From the NCBI GenBank assembly GCA_027491435.1, contig JAOZFG010000004.1, positions 202,626-266,625 on the forward strand: a stretch of DNA of 64,000 bases, in the 5' to 3' direction. Made by a program: the position numbers and the translations under genes. This document shows, piece by piece, positions 17,265 through 26,721 of the stretch (positions within the stretch are counted from its first letter, which is position 1; every line of letters starts with the position of its first letter). Origin of the DNA: Thermoproteota archaeon. Lineage in GTDB: Archaea; Korarchaeota; Korarchaeia; Korarchaeales; Korarchaeaceae. The notes below the pieces were generated by a model that was not told the DNA's origin, searched no databases, and saw only the letters and a list, made by a program, of their open reading frames with translations.

Positions 17265-18595
17265 ATTGCTCTGGCTGCCTCAACCCCATCCTTCCCATCT
17301 ACCACGAAGGATATATTTATCTCGGAGGATCCCTGGGATATCATCTTCACGTTAATACCCCTCTCGGCAACCGCTTTAAAGACCCTGGCAGCAACCCCTG
17401 GGGTGCCCCTCATACCGGCCCCTATGGCTGAAACCACCGACAAGTTATCCTCAACACTTATCTCAGAGAATATAGGCCCTAGCAGCAAGTCCTCAAGCAC
17501 GTTAGAGGTCATGGAAGAGTCCTTTCCGTCTACAACTAAGGATATGGACGACTCAGAGACACTCTGAGAGATCATCAACACGTTAATTCCGTGATCTCCC
17601 AACACCGTGAACAACCTTCCAGCCGTCCCGGGCCTCCCTATCATCCCCACTCCCCTCACTGTTATTATGGAAACGTCCTCTCTGAGACCTACGGCCTTAA
17701 CTATGCCCTCCTTCACCTCCTCCTCTTTACTGACTAGCGTTCCCGGGTCCTCTCTCTTCCAGAAGTTCCTTATCCTGACGGGGACCTCCTTTCTCATCGC
17801 AGGCTCCAGAAACTTGGGGTGCATTCCCTTTGCCCCGAAGAAGGAGAGCTCAATTGCCTCCCTGTAGGAGACCTTCCTTAAGACCCTGGGATTCTTGACA
17901 ACTTTAGGGCTCACTGACAGGAGGCCGTCTACGTCAGTCCATAGCACGACTTCATCAGCCCTCAAGGCTGCCCCAATTAAGGTGGCCGTTAAGTCGCTAC
18001 CTCCCCTGCCTAGAGTAGTTACCCTGCCATCTTGGGTTTCCCCAGTGAATCCAGCGACTACTGGAAGGGTGTCAGGCAGCAAAGCCCCAAGCCTATTCCT
18101 TATGTAGACTTCTGAAGCCCTGTAAAGGGGGTTAGCGTCTCCAAACCTGTCATCTGTTACAATTCCAGCCTCCCCTCCCATCATGAACCTGGCGTTTATC
18201 CCCCTCCTCCTCAGCTCCTTGACCACTATATTACCGACGAGCCTTTCACCGAAAGATGCTACGAAATCCCTGGACTTGGGGCTCAACTCTCCCAAGTAGA
18301 AGATGCCAGTTAACGCCCTCTCCAATATTGAGAGGTCCTCGTCTATCGCGCCTCTAAGGTCTAAAGCCGCCATAACTTCATCGTGTATCTCCCTAAGCTT
18401 TAGAAACTTGTTTTTGAGCTCCTCTTCCTTTCCTTCACTGGCTAAGTAAGCCATGTCTAGCAGCAAATCTGTGACCCCCTTAACGGCCGAGACTACAGCT
18501 ACATTTCCCTGGCCTTGACCCTCGAGGTAGTCTATTACCTTCAGGACGTCCTCAGGTAGCCTCATCACCGAGCCTCCAAATTTCATTACAAGCAT
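17243..18595 (-). CDS. lysC: Aspartate kinase
   Basis: MKFGGS, SFGER, TLGRGGSD, WTDVDG and two ACT domains. Confidence 0.96.
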   Translation of the reverse strand: MLVMKFGGSVMRLPEDVLKVIDYLEGQGQGNVAVVSAVKGVTDLLLDMAYLASEGKEEELKNKFLKLREIHDEVMAALDLRGAIDEDLSILERALTGIFYLGELSPKSRDFVASFGERLVGNIVVKELRRRGINARFMMGGEAGIVTDDRFGDANPLYRASEVYIRNRLGALLPDTLPVVAGFTGETQDGRVTTLGRGGSDLTATLIGAALRADEVVLWTDVDGLLSVSPKVVKNPRVLRKVSYREAIELSFFGAKGMHPKFLEPAMRKEVPVRIRNFWKREDPGTLVSKEEEVKEGIVKAVGLREDVSIITVRGVGMIGRPGTAGRLFTVLGDHGINVLMISQSVSESSISLVVDGKDSSMTSNVLEDLLLGPIFSEISVEDNLSVVSAIGAGMRGTPGVAARVFKAVAERGINVKMISQGSSEINISFVVDGKDGVEAARAIYEEFKL

Positions 18596-19596
18596 CTCCC
18601 ATCACCTGCAAGCCTGACCTTTAACTCTACCAAGTCCCTGATAACGGCGGCAGCGGTCTCCCTGCCGCCAGCACCCTTACCGACTAAAGTTTGTTTGCCA
18701 GAGATCTCCGCCTCAACTTGAAGGGCGTTTAAAGCCCCCTTCACGTTTAAGGGGCTCTTCAAGCTGATCCTCTGGGGTTTCACGAGGTGACTTTCCCCGT
18801 CGGAGTAGGCGATGAGCTTGTAGGTTTCGCCATTTCTTAAGGCATCGCTCACGTTTTCAAGCCCTATGTCCCTAATTCCCTCTACTTCGACGTCTCTTAA
18901 GGTTACCCCGCTCTGAAACGCCACGTTCGACAGGATTACGAGCTTGGCAGCGGAGTCCCACCCATCGACGTCGGCGCTGGGATCAGCCTCGGCATACCCC
19001 AATTTCTGAGCCTCTTTCAACGCTTTCTCAAAGCTAAGGCCCTCTTCCATCCTAGTCAGGATGTAGTTAGTGGTCCCATTTATTATCCCCCTGATTCTGA
19101 TAACTCTCTCGCCTAGGAGGCACCTGCTAACGAACCTTATGAAGGGAGTACCTCCTCCCACAGCCCCGCTGAACAGGAAGTGAACCCCGTTATATTCGGC
19201 CAGCTCCATCAGAGCTGGCATCTCGACGGCTAACGGGCCTTTATTGGCGGTGATCACATGCTTGCCCGCCGAGAGGGCCTCCCTTATGTACCTCACTGCT
19301 GGCATCCCGTCTTTCAGGTTAGTTGGGGTGAGCTCCACTAAGACGTCCGTACCCCCCTTGATCAACTCGGTCAGGCTAGCTCTGTTAGGATGGTCGTTCA
19401 GGATCCCCCTTTCCTTCATCTTCAGGATCTCTGCTATGTTAAGGCCTTCTTCGTTATACACGGCGGTCTTCGAGTCGGCAACTCCCACCACCTTCAAGTT
19501 TAACCCATATTTGCTCTTCAACTCATGCCCTCTCTCCTGTACTTCCCTCAGCAGGGCCCTACCTACTGTCCCAAGCCCTATGATCACCGCTTTCAT
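18586..19596 (-). CDS. hom: Homoserine dehydrogenase
   Basis: GLGTVG, TANKGP, NGTTNYIL, GYAEADP and GAGGRETA motifs. Confidence 0.96.
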   Translation of the reverse strand: MKAVIIGLGTVGRALLREVQERGHELKSKYGLNLKVVGVADSKTAVYNEEGLNIAEILKMKERGILNDHPNRASLTELIKGGTDVLVELTPTNLKDGMPAVRYIREALSAGKHVITANKGPLAVEMPALMELAEYNGVHFLFSGAVGGGTPFIRFVSRCLLGERVIRIRGIINGTTNYILTRMEEGLSFEKALKEAQKLGYAEADPSADVDGWDSAAKLVILSNVAFQSGVTLRDVEVEGIRDIGLENVSDALRNGETYKLIAYSDGESHLVKPQRISLKSPLNVKGALNALQVEAEISGKQTLVGKGAGGRETAAAVIRDLVELKVRLAGDGRCL

Positions 19597-19647
19597 TAAC
19601 CATGCCTAATAGTCTAGAATTAAAAAGGGGAGGCCCCTAAAATACCA

Positions 19648-20298
19648 GTGATAAAAATGTCGCTGATTAAGGAGGAGATAAAAATCTTATTGTATGAGAT
19701 CAGGAAATTGAGTAATATTGCATTGGAGTTAACGGGACTTTGCGTAGAAGTTTTCGTCAATAAGAGAAAAGTAGACGGGTTAGTTAAGCAGGTGGAGGAG
19801 AAGAGCAACGTGATAAGTTTCTCATACATGGAGCTTAAGGAGAAGGTTTCTCAGGTTATAGCCAGGTATCAGCCGATGGCTGATGACCTGAGAACCCTGA
19901 TCTCCATCATGGAGATTGGGTACGGGCTTAATAGGCTGGGCAGGTACTCAAGGAATATAGCTCAGGTGTTGGAGGCCTTCCAAGAGGTGGAGAGGTGCGA
20001 CACGTCAATAGTGGTGACCCCGGCTGAAGTGGTCAACAGGATGGTTGAGATGGCCCTGAAGGCCTACGAGGAGAGGGACGCTTCCTTGGCTAGGGAGGTT
20101 ATCTCCATGGACGACACAGTGGATGGAGCTTACAACTCCTACATGAAGAAGGTTATCGAGGGTGAGGAGAAAGATCCCAAGTGCGCCGTGGCCAACACCC
20201 TCATACTCAGGTATCTGGAGAGGATGGCGGATCACGCCGTTCAGATAGCCGAAGAGTCCCTCTACATGATAGAGGGCTCCTATCTAATCGGACGCTAG
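19648..20298 (+). CDS. phoU: PhoU-family phosphate uptake regulator
   Basis: ARYQPMADDLR and LERMADHAVQIAE repeats. Confidence 0.9.
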   Translation: MIKMSLIKEEIKILLYEIRKLSNIALELTGLCVEVFVNKRKVDGLVKQVEEKSNVISFSYMELKEKVSQVIARYQPMADDLRTLISIMEIGYGLNRLGRYSRNIAQVLEAFQEVERCDTSIVVTPAEVVNRMVEMALKAYEERDASLAREVISMDDTVDGAYNSYMKKVIEGEEKDPKCAVANTLILRYLERMADHAVQIAEESLYMIEGSYLIGR

Positions 20299-21309
20299 CC
20301 TCTTCCTCAGCTCTTCTAATAGGAGGGGGATCACCTCTCTGTAATCTGCCACCACCCCATAGTCACAACTCTCGAATATGGGGGCTTTGGGGTCCCTGTT
20401 TATGGCCACTATCACCTTGGCCGATTGGACGCCGACCATGTGCTGGGAGGTACCTGATATGCCTACAGCTATGTAGAGGTCCGGCCTTATGGTCTTCCCA
20501 GTCTGTCCAACTTGTCTACTTCTGGGAAGCCATCCCAGGTCTACTATCTTCCTGCTACCGGCCAAGGCCCCGCCCAATAGGCGAGCCAGCTCCCTTAACA
20601 TTTCCAGCCCTTTAGGGATGCCCAACCCGTATCCGCCTGCGACCACCACCTTGGCCTTGTCGATGGGCATCTCAACCTGAGACGTCTCCCTAAACTCCAG
20701 AAGCTCAACTTCTGAGGGATCAACCTTAACGGGCTCTCTTATTACCTCACCACTTCTGTTCTCATCTCTCGGCGGTGTTGGAAAGACGTTGGGCCTGACT
20801 GAGGCCATCTGAGGCCTCCTATCTGGCGTCACTATCTTAGCAAATATCTTGCCGCCGAAGGCGGGCCTAATCTGGATCAAGTTTCCCCTCTCATCCACGT
20901 CAAAGGCGGTGCAGTCGGCAGTCAACCCCGTCCTCAAGGGAATAGCTACTGAGCTAGCAACCTCCCTGCCCCTTCTCGTCCCGGGAAAGAGCACTATTTC
21001 GGGTTTGTACTTCACTATTAGTTTGTAGAGGGCTTGGGAGTACTTCTGTGGGTTATACGTGAGTAAATCGGGACTATCAGCGACGATCACCTGATCGGCC
21101 CCCCGATAAATGGCCTCCTTGGGCAGATCTCCCAGATCATGCCCTACGATTATTCCCGTTAGGGGAACCTCCAACCTGTCAGCCAGCCTTCTCCCCTCTC
21201 CTAAGAGTTGGAGGGACGCCTCCTCTATCGAGTCTCCCCAAGTCTCCAGGAAGACCCATACGCCCCTCCACTCATCCTTGTTGACGGGGGGCCATTCCTT
21301 ACAGACCAC
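20284..21309 (-). CDS. etfA: Electron transfer flavoprotein alpha subunit (set 1)
   Basis: GVWVFLE, GLTADCT, RPAFGG, QVGQTGK and GISG motifs. Confidence 0.93.
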   Translation of the reverse strand: MVCKEWPPVNKDEWRGVWVFLETWGDSIEEASLQLLGEGRRLADRLEVPLTGIIVGHDLGDLPKEAIYRGADQVIVADSPDLLTYNPQKYSQALYKLIVKYKPEIVLFPGTRRGREVASSVAIPLRTGLTADCTAFDVDERGNLIQIRPAFGGKIFAKIVTPDRRPQMASVRPNVFPTPPRDENRSGEVIREPVKVDPSEVELLEFRETSQVEMPIDKAKVVVAGGYGLGIPKGLEMLRELARLLGGALAGSRKIVDLGWLPRSRQVGQTGKTIRPDLYIAVGISGTSQHMVGVQSAKVIVAINRDPKAPIFESCDYGVVADYREVIPLLLEELRKRLASD

Positions 21310-22087
21310 CCTTCAACACCTCCAGAATCTTATCCGCCAACCACTTAGCAGCCTCAGCCGCCTCGCCCTGAAAGATCTCCCCCCTCCTCTTAGGAGGCTC
21401 TACCACAACCATGTCAACTACTCTAGTGGGAGATCCGGGAAATCCTACGCACTCGGGATCTATTCCAAGGTCATCCAAGCTCCAGAAATCGATGGCCCTC
21501 TTGGCCCTTATCTTACCCCTTATGGTGGGCCTCCTCGGCTTGTTCGCCCCTAGCACTACGGTTAGCAGGGCGGGAAGCCCAAGCCTCCAGACTTCAACCC
21601 CTCTCTCGCTTTCCCTCTCAACGGTTATGCTCTCATCCCCTATCTCAAGCACCTTGTGAACGTAGCTTATGAACGGAATCCCTAGGTGAACTGCAATTCC
21701 AGGTCCAACTTGACCGGTGGCGCTATCTATAGTCTCCTCACCGACCAATATCAGATCAGCCTTCAACTTCTTGGCGGCTTCAGCCAACACCCTTGAGGTG
21801 GCTAGGGTATCAGCCCCCGCCATTCTCCTATCCGTTAGCAGGATTCCCCTATCAGCCCCCATGGACACGGCTTCCATCAGCCCCTCCTTAGCCACTGGAG
21901 GGGCCATGCTAACGGCTATGACCTCCCCTCCAACCTTATCCCTTATCTGAAGGCCCATCTCCAGGGCGTTTAAGTCTGGGGGGTTTACTACGCTCTCTAC
22001 CCCGACTCTAACCAAAGTCTTAGTCACCGGGTCGAACTTCATCTGGTCTACTCTGGGCACCCACTTTATTCCAACCAGAATTCTCAT
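21299..22087 (-). CDS. etfB: Electron transfer flavoprotein beta subunit (set 1)
   Basis: MRILVGIKWVP start (ATG 22087), AGADTLATS, IDSATGQVGP and GSPTRV motifs. Confidence 0.92.
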   Translation of the reverse strand: MRILVGIKWVPRVDQMKFDPVTKTLVRVGVESVVNPPDLNALEMGLQIRDKVGGEVIAVSMAPPVAKEGLMEAVSMGADRGILLTDRRMAGADTLATSRVLAEAAKKLKADLILVGEETIDSATGQVGPGIAVHLGIPFISYVHKVLEIGDESITVERESERGVEVWRLGLPALLTVVLGANKPRRPTIRGKIRAKRAIDFWSLDDLGIDPECVGFPGSPTRVVDMVVVEPPKRRGEIFQGEAAEAAKWLADKILEVLKGGL

Positions 22088-22115
22088 TTTTAAAGCCCCT
22101 AAAAAAGAAAAGGGG

Positions 22116-23318
22116 TTACTTTTTGTAGGGAAGGTGCTCCTTACCCAGCAGGAACCTGGCAATTATCAACCTCATTATGTTCTGTCCGCCCTCAGCTCCG
22201 ACGTAGTAACTCATGACTCCTCTAAGGGCCATCTCTAGTGGGGTATCCTTAGTATAACCGTAGGCACCTGTGGCCTTCATGAACTCCTTTATAGCATCAA
22301 CTGAGAGTTCTGGAGCCAGCAGCTTAGCCATAGCAGCCCATAAACCTACTTCCTTTATTGTAGCGTTACCCTTGTCAAATTGATCTATCATCCAAGCGGC
22401 CTTGTATATCACCAGCCTAGTAGCTTCCAGCTTAGAGTAGTAATCCACCAGCGGGAACTGTATACCCTCGAAGGAGGCTAAAGACCTACCAAAGACGTTC
22501 CTGTTCTTCACGTACTCAGCAGTATAATCGAACATGCCCATTGCAGCCCCAGTGCAACCAGCAGCTACGAATACTCTAGCCCTGTTGAACCCCTCCATGG
22601 CTATCTTGAACCCCTCGTTAACCTCACCTATCAGGTAGTCGTCCGGCAGCTTGACGTTGTTTAACCTCATCCACCCGGTGCTTATCCCGCACCTGCCCAT
22701 ATCCTCGAAGAGCCCTGTTTCTATCCCAGGAGCGTCTATGGGAAGCCAGAAGATGCTCATCCCCCTGGAACCAGCCTCCGGCTTTGTCTTAACTAGCGTA
22801 ACGTAGCCTCCACCCAGCTCTTGTGCCTCAACTATGCCACTTATGAAGGTCTTCTCCCCGTTTAACACCCAGTGGTCGTCCTCCTTCTTAGCTAATGTCT
22901 TGAAACCGGCCACGTCACTTCCGCTCTGAGGCTCAGTTGAGTTAATCCCTACAAACCCCTCCCCCCTAGCCGCCTTACTCAGGACCTCCTTAGCCAACTC
23001 GGGCTTAGCGTATCTCTCCACTATTTTACCCCAAGAGGCCTCCACCAAGTGGAACACGGCAGTAGCCACGCTGGGATCAGCCCGAGCTAACTCCTCGGTG
23101 GCGATGGTTCCCATGACCCAGCTCGCACCCTGCCCTCCATACTCGGGCTTTATCGTCAACAGCAAAATTCCATTCTCTGCTAAGGCCTTTATGACTTCCT
23201 CAGGAATTCTGCATTTGGTGTCAATCTCCCTAGCCCTCGGAGCCAGAACCTCTGAGAGGAGTTCCCTCAAACTAGACCTGAAGACCTCTTCCTCCTCAGT
23301 AAAACCAAAGTCCACCAA
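22116..23318 (-). CDS. Acyl-CoA dehydrogenase
   Basis: PEYGG, TEPQSGSD, LNGEKTFIS, R..FG and GAEGG motifs. Confidence 0.93.
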   Translation of the reverse strand: MVDFGFTEEEEVFRSSLRELLSEVLAPRAREIDTKCRIPEEVIKALAENGILLLTIKPEYGGQGASWVMGTIATEELARADPSVATAVFHLVEASWGKIVERYAKPELAKEVLSKAARGEGFVGINSTEPQSGSDVAGFKTLAKKEDDHWVLNGEKTFISGIVEAQELGGGYVTLVKTKPEAGSRGMSIFWLPIDAPGIETGLFEDMGRCGISTGWMRLNNVKLPDDYLIGEVNEGFKIAMEGFNRARVFVAAGCTGAAMGMFDYTAEYVKNRNVFGRSLASFEGIQFPLVDYYSKLEATRLVIYKAAWMIDQFDKGNATIKEVGLWAAMAKLLAPELSVDAIKEFMKATGAYGYTKDTPLEMALRGVMSYYVGAEGGQNIMRLIIARFLLGKEHLPYKK

Positions 23319-23364
23319 TCGGGGTTCACCCCGTCCCTATTAAACAGGAAAAATTTAAAGTATC

Positions 23365-23661
23365 TTAACCGAACCGGTAGACCACTCCCTTGCCTCCCCT
23401 AGGGTAGCTCCAATGCAAATTGTTGTAAGGACATATTAGGAGGCAGGTGCCACACTCTAAGCAGCCCTCGTAGTTGTACATCATCTCGTTCGTGTGGGAG
23501 TTCCACTCATAAAGCTTAGCTGGACATCCCCTCTCACAGGCTCTAGTTTCACATTTTCTGCAGACTTCCTGATCAAGTATCCATATGTGGGGCTCCTCAT
23601 CAACCTCGAAGTGGGTGGAAGCTAGCTTATCCTCCACGGAGAGCTCGAACAGCTTAGACAT
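23365..23661 (-). CDS. fixX: FixX ferredoxin-like protein
   Basis: CxxC...CPA and CLECGTCxxxC clusters; WSYPRGGKGV.YRFG C-terminus. Confidence 0.92.
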   Translation of the reverse strand: MSKLFELSVEDKLASTHFEVDEEPHIWILDQEVCRKCETRACERGCPAKLYEWNSHTNEMMYNYEGCLECGTCLLICPYNNLHWSYPRGGKGVVYRFG

Positions 23662-23734
23662 GTTAACCCCTGTTAACTGAAGGCCATAACTAATAATTTT
23701 TTGATATTCCCCTTCCTAGACAGCCGGTGATCCC

Positions 23735-24511
23735 ATGAACATAGCGGTTCTCCTTAAGCAGTCAATTGACGTTCAGGAGCTTATGGTAGATCCAGACTCA
23801 GATAAGATCTACCTGGAGGAAGCTCCGACGAAACCTGGGGAGATAGACCTCAATGCCGTGGAAGAGGCCGTCAGGATTAAGGAGAAGGTCGGGGGCAAGG
23901 CCACTCTTATAATGTTGTCCACTTGGGGATCGTCAGGGAAGAGGAAGAGGGAAGCGAGGGAGGCGATTAAGCGGTCTCTAGCCATGGGCCTCGACGACGC
24001 CATCTTCATATTTGGAGCCGATGGCAGGGAGGTAGACACCTACGTTTCAGCCAAGGTGATCGCCGAGAAGGTTAGGGAGATAGAAGCTAATCTAGTTCTG
24101 GCTGGGGAGGGAAGTGAGGACAACTTCACAGGCCTTCTACCAGCTAGGGTAGCTGCTGAGCTGGGCTGGCCCTACGTGGCCTACGCCACCTCGATAGAGG
24201 TTGAGGGAGATCACCTAATAGTGACCAGAAGCCTGGAGGACTACGAGGAGAAGGTTAAGGTGAAGCTGCCCGCCGTTATCTCAGTTACCCAGGAGATAAA
24301 CAAGCCCAGGATACCCAAGCTGATGGAGATAGTAAAGGCTGGGAAAAAACCTGTTAAAGAGGAGGAATTTAATAAGAAACATGAATCAAAACTGAAGATT
24401 AAGTCTATAAAAGTTCCTAAAGTAGAGAGGAAAAAAGTGGTTATTGAGGGAGATTTAGACGAGGTCCTGGACAAACTCCTGCAGGCTCTCAAAGAGGAGG
24501 GAGTGATATAG
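23735..24511 (+). CDS. fixA: Electron transfer flavoprotein beta subunit FixA (set 2)
   Basis: NAVEEAVRIKE, LAMGLD, GEGSED and INKPRIP motifs. Confidence 0.9.
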   Translation: MNIAVLLKQSIDVQELMVDPDSDKIYLEEAPTKPGEIDLNAVEEAVRIKEKVGGKATLIMLSTWGSSGKRKREAREAIKRSLAMGLDDAIFIFGADGREVDTYVSAKVIAEKVREIEANLVLAGEGSEDNFTGLLPARVAAELGWPYVAYATSIEVEGDHLIVTRSLEDYEEKVKVKLPAVISVTQEINKPRIPKLMEIVKAGKKPVKEEEFNKKHESKLKIKSIKVPKVERKKVVIEGDLDEVLDKLLQALKEEGVI

Positions 24512-24523
24512 GGGGGCGTTGTC

Positions 24524-25417
24524 ATGAGGGTGGTCATCTATTCTGACGTGTTGGACCTGGCCAAAGAGCTTATTGGGCTTGCTAACGAGCTTAATGCTGA
24601 AACTGAGCTAATTTTAGCTGGAATGGAGCCTGATAACGTGGTGGGAGTCGATAGAATCACGCTTTACAGGGGCATTTCTCCGGAGGACCAGGAACTAGTG
24701 TTAGAGGCGCTGAAACAGGCTGAAGCAGACCTCTACCTGCTCTCTAATGACAGAAGGGGTAGGGAGTTAGTGGGGTTGCTGGCCCACTCTAAAGGAGGGG
24801 CTTCAATTGTAGATGCCACCAGCGTTAAGGTGGAAGGGGACAGGGTGATAGCCGAGAGGATGACTCTGGGCGGTAAGGGCGTGGCCGTGGAGGAGGCCAA
24901 GATGCCTGCGGTCATATCTGTGATGGCAGGCAAGTACAAGCCGCCAGAGGAGGGTAAATCCCCTGAAATAATTGAGAAGGAAGCTCCTTCAATAGAGAGG
25001 AGGGTTGAACTCGTCGACAAGAAGGAAAAGCCCAAGGTAGGGGTTCCCCTGGATAAGGCGGATGTGGTGATAGCTGTAGGCAGGGGCTTCAAGAAGAAGG
25101 AGGATCTTAAGATGGCCTACGAGCTGGCCGAAATCCTGGGGGGCGTGGTCGGCGCCACCAGGCCACTGGCCGCTGACCTCAAGTGGATGCCCGAGGAGGT
25201 CTGGATAGGAATAAGCGGAGTTAGGATAAGGCCAAAGCTCCTCATAGTCATTGGGGCATCTGGACAACAGCAGTTCTCGGCAGGCATAATGGACTCCAAG
25301 GTTGTCGTGGCCATAAACAACGACGAGAAGGCCCCCATATTTGAGGTCTCCGACTACGGCATAGTGGCTGACTTGTATGAGGCGGTTCCCAAGCTTATAG
25401 AGAAGCTGAAAAGGTGA
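24524..25417 (+). CDS. fixB: Electron transfer flavoprotein alpha subunit FixB (set 2)
   Basis: GRGF, TRP, IGISG, GASGQ and APIF..SDYGIV motifs. Confidence 0.9.
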   Translation: MRVVIYSDVLDLAKELIGLANELNAETELILAGMEPDNVVGVDRITLYRGISPEDQELVLEALKQAEADLYLLSNDRRGRELVGLLAHSKGGASIVDATSVKVEGDRVIAERMTLGGKGVAVEEAKMPAVISVMAGKYKPPEEGKSPEIIEKEAPSIERRVELVDKKEKPKVGVPLDKADVVIAVGRGFKKKEDLKMAYELAEILGGVVGATRPLAADLKWMPEEVWIGISGVRIRPKLLIVIGASGQQQFSAGIMDSKVVVAINNDEKAPIFEVSDYGIVADLYEAVPKLIEKLKR

Positions 25418-25422
25418 ACTTG

Positions 25423-26709
25423 ATGGCTGATTTCGACGTAATAGTTGTGGGCGCGGGCCCTGCCGGGTCCGTCGCCTCCTACCTACTAGCTAAAAAGGGG
25501 TACACCGTGCTACTAGTTGATAGAGGGAAGAGGGTAGGCTCCAAGAACATGTTCGGTGGGAGGCTGTACGCTTGGTCCCTTCAGGAGGTCTTCCCTAACT
25601 TCTGGGAAGAAGCTCCAGTAGAGAGAGAGGTTAAGAAGGAAGTTTTGGGATTCATCTCGGGAAACGAGGGGGTGGAGGTATCCCTGAGCTGGGAACCTCA
25701 GGCTAAGAGCTTCACTCTCCTCAGGGCCAAATTCGACGAGTGGCTCTCACAGAAGGCTGAAGACGCTGGAGTTGAGGTTATATCAGGCATAAGGGTGGAA
25801 AGTCCGCTAATAGAAGGCGGCAAGGTTAAGGGGATAGTGGCGGAAGGGGATGAGCGACTGGAATCAGAGGTGGTGGTGGCTGCTGACGGGGTCCTCAGTT
25901 TTATGGCAGAGAAAGCGGGTCTGCGACCGCCCTTAAGGAAAGAAGACTTTGCAGTTGGCGTTAAAGAGGTAATTGAGCTTCCCAAGGAGAAGATAGAGGA
26001 CAGGTTCGGGCTGGAAGGTAAGGAAGGCGCAGCTCAACTTTACATAGGCTTCACGGGAGGGGTTATAGGAGGTGGCTTCATATACACGAACCTGAACACG
26101 ATATCCCTGGGAGTGGTGGCCAGAATAGGCTCCCTTTACGAGAGCTTGGACAAGGTTCAGTACTCAATGTGGAACTTGCTGGATGAGTTTAAAGCGCACC
26201 CCATGATCAGGAAGTACGTGAGGGGCGGTAAGCTCGTTGAGTACTCTGCACACCTGATACCTGAGACGCAGTTCCTTAGGGAGGTAAAGCTCTATAGCGA
26301 TGGGATAGTCTTAGTAGGCGACGCCGCTGGTTTCTGCGTTAACTACGGAGTCACCGTCAGGGGAATGGACTTCGCAATAGAGAGCGCCAAGGCAGCCGCC
26401 GAAGCAATAGATCATGCCCTCAAATCTGGAGGGGCTACCTCATCTAACTTGTCCAAATATCTGGAGCTGCTCAACAAGGGCATGATGAGGGAGCTGGACC
26501 AGGCTAAGAAAGCAGTAGATCTGATGGAGAACCCCAGAATATACACCTCCTACCCGAACCTAATCATTAAGCTTATGAAGCACATGTTCCACGTTAGTGG
26601 TAGGCCCAGGAAGAGCCTCTACGAAGCTTCAAAGGAGTTCATGAAGGAAGAAAGCATTTCCTTGTTTACAGCAATTAGGGACATCTGGAAAATGTTAAGG
26701 AGCTTGTAG
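25423..26709 (+). CDS. fixC: FixC-family FAD-dependent ETF:quinone oxidoreductase
   Basis: GAGPAG, GSKNMFGG, EYSAHLIPE, GDAAG and RGMDFAI motifs. Confidence 0.92.
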   Translation: MADFDVIVVGAGPAGSVASYLLAKKGYTVLLVDRGKRVGSKNMFGGRLYAWSLQEVFPNFWEEAPVEREVKKEVLGFISGNEGVEVSLSWEPQAKSFTLLRAKFDEWLSQKAEDAGVEVISGIRVESPLIEGGKVKGIVAEGDERLESEVVVAADGVLSFMAEKAGLRPPLRKEDFAVGVKEVIELPKEKIEDRFGLEGKEGAAQLYIGFTGGVIGGGFIYTNLNTISLGVVARIGSLYESLDKVQYSMWNLLDEFKAHPMIRKYVRGGKLVEYSAHLIPETQFLREVKLYSDGIVLVGDAAGFCVNYGVTVRGMDFAIESAKAAAEAIDHALKSGGATSSNLSKYLELLNKGMMRELDQAKKAVDLMENPRIYTSYPNLIIKLMKHMFHVSGRPRKSLYEASKEFMKEESISLFTAIRDIWKMLRSL

Positions 26710-26721
26710 CAGGGTGATCTT

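Noticed and set aside
22088-22162. N-terminal extension of etfB in the ORF track
   Set aside because: It overlaps the ACAD end and a T-rich terminator-like tract; the family N-terminus starts at 22087
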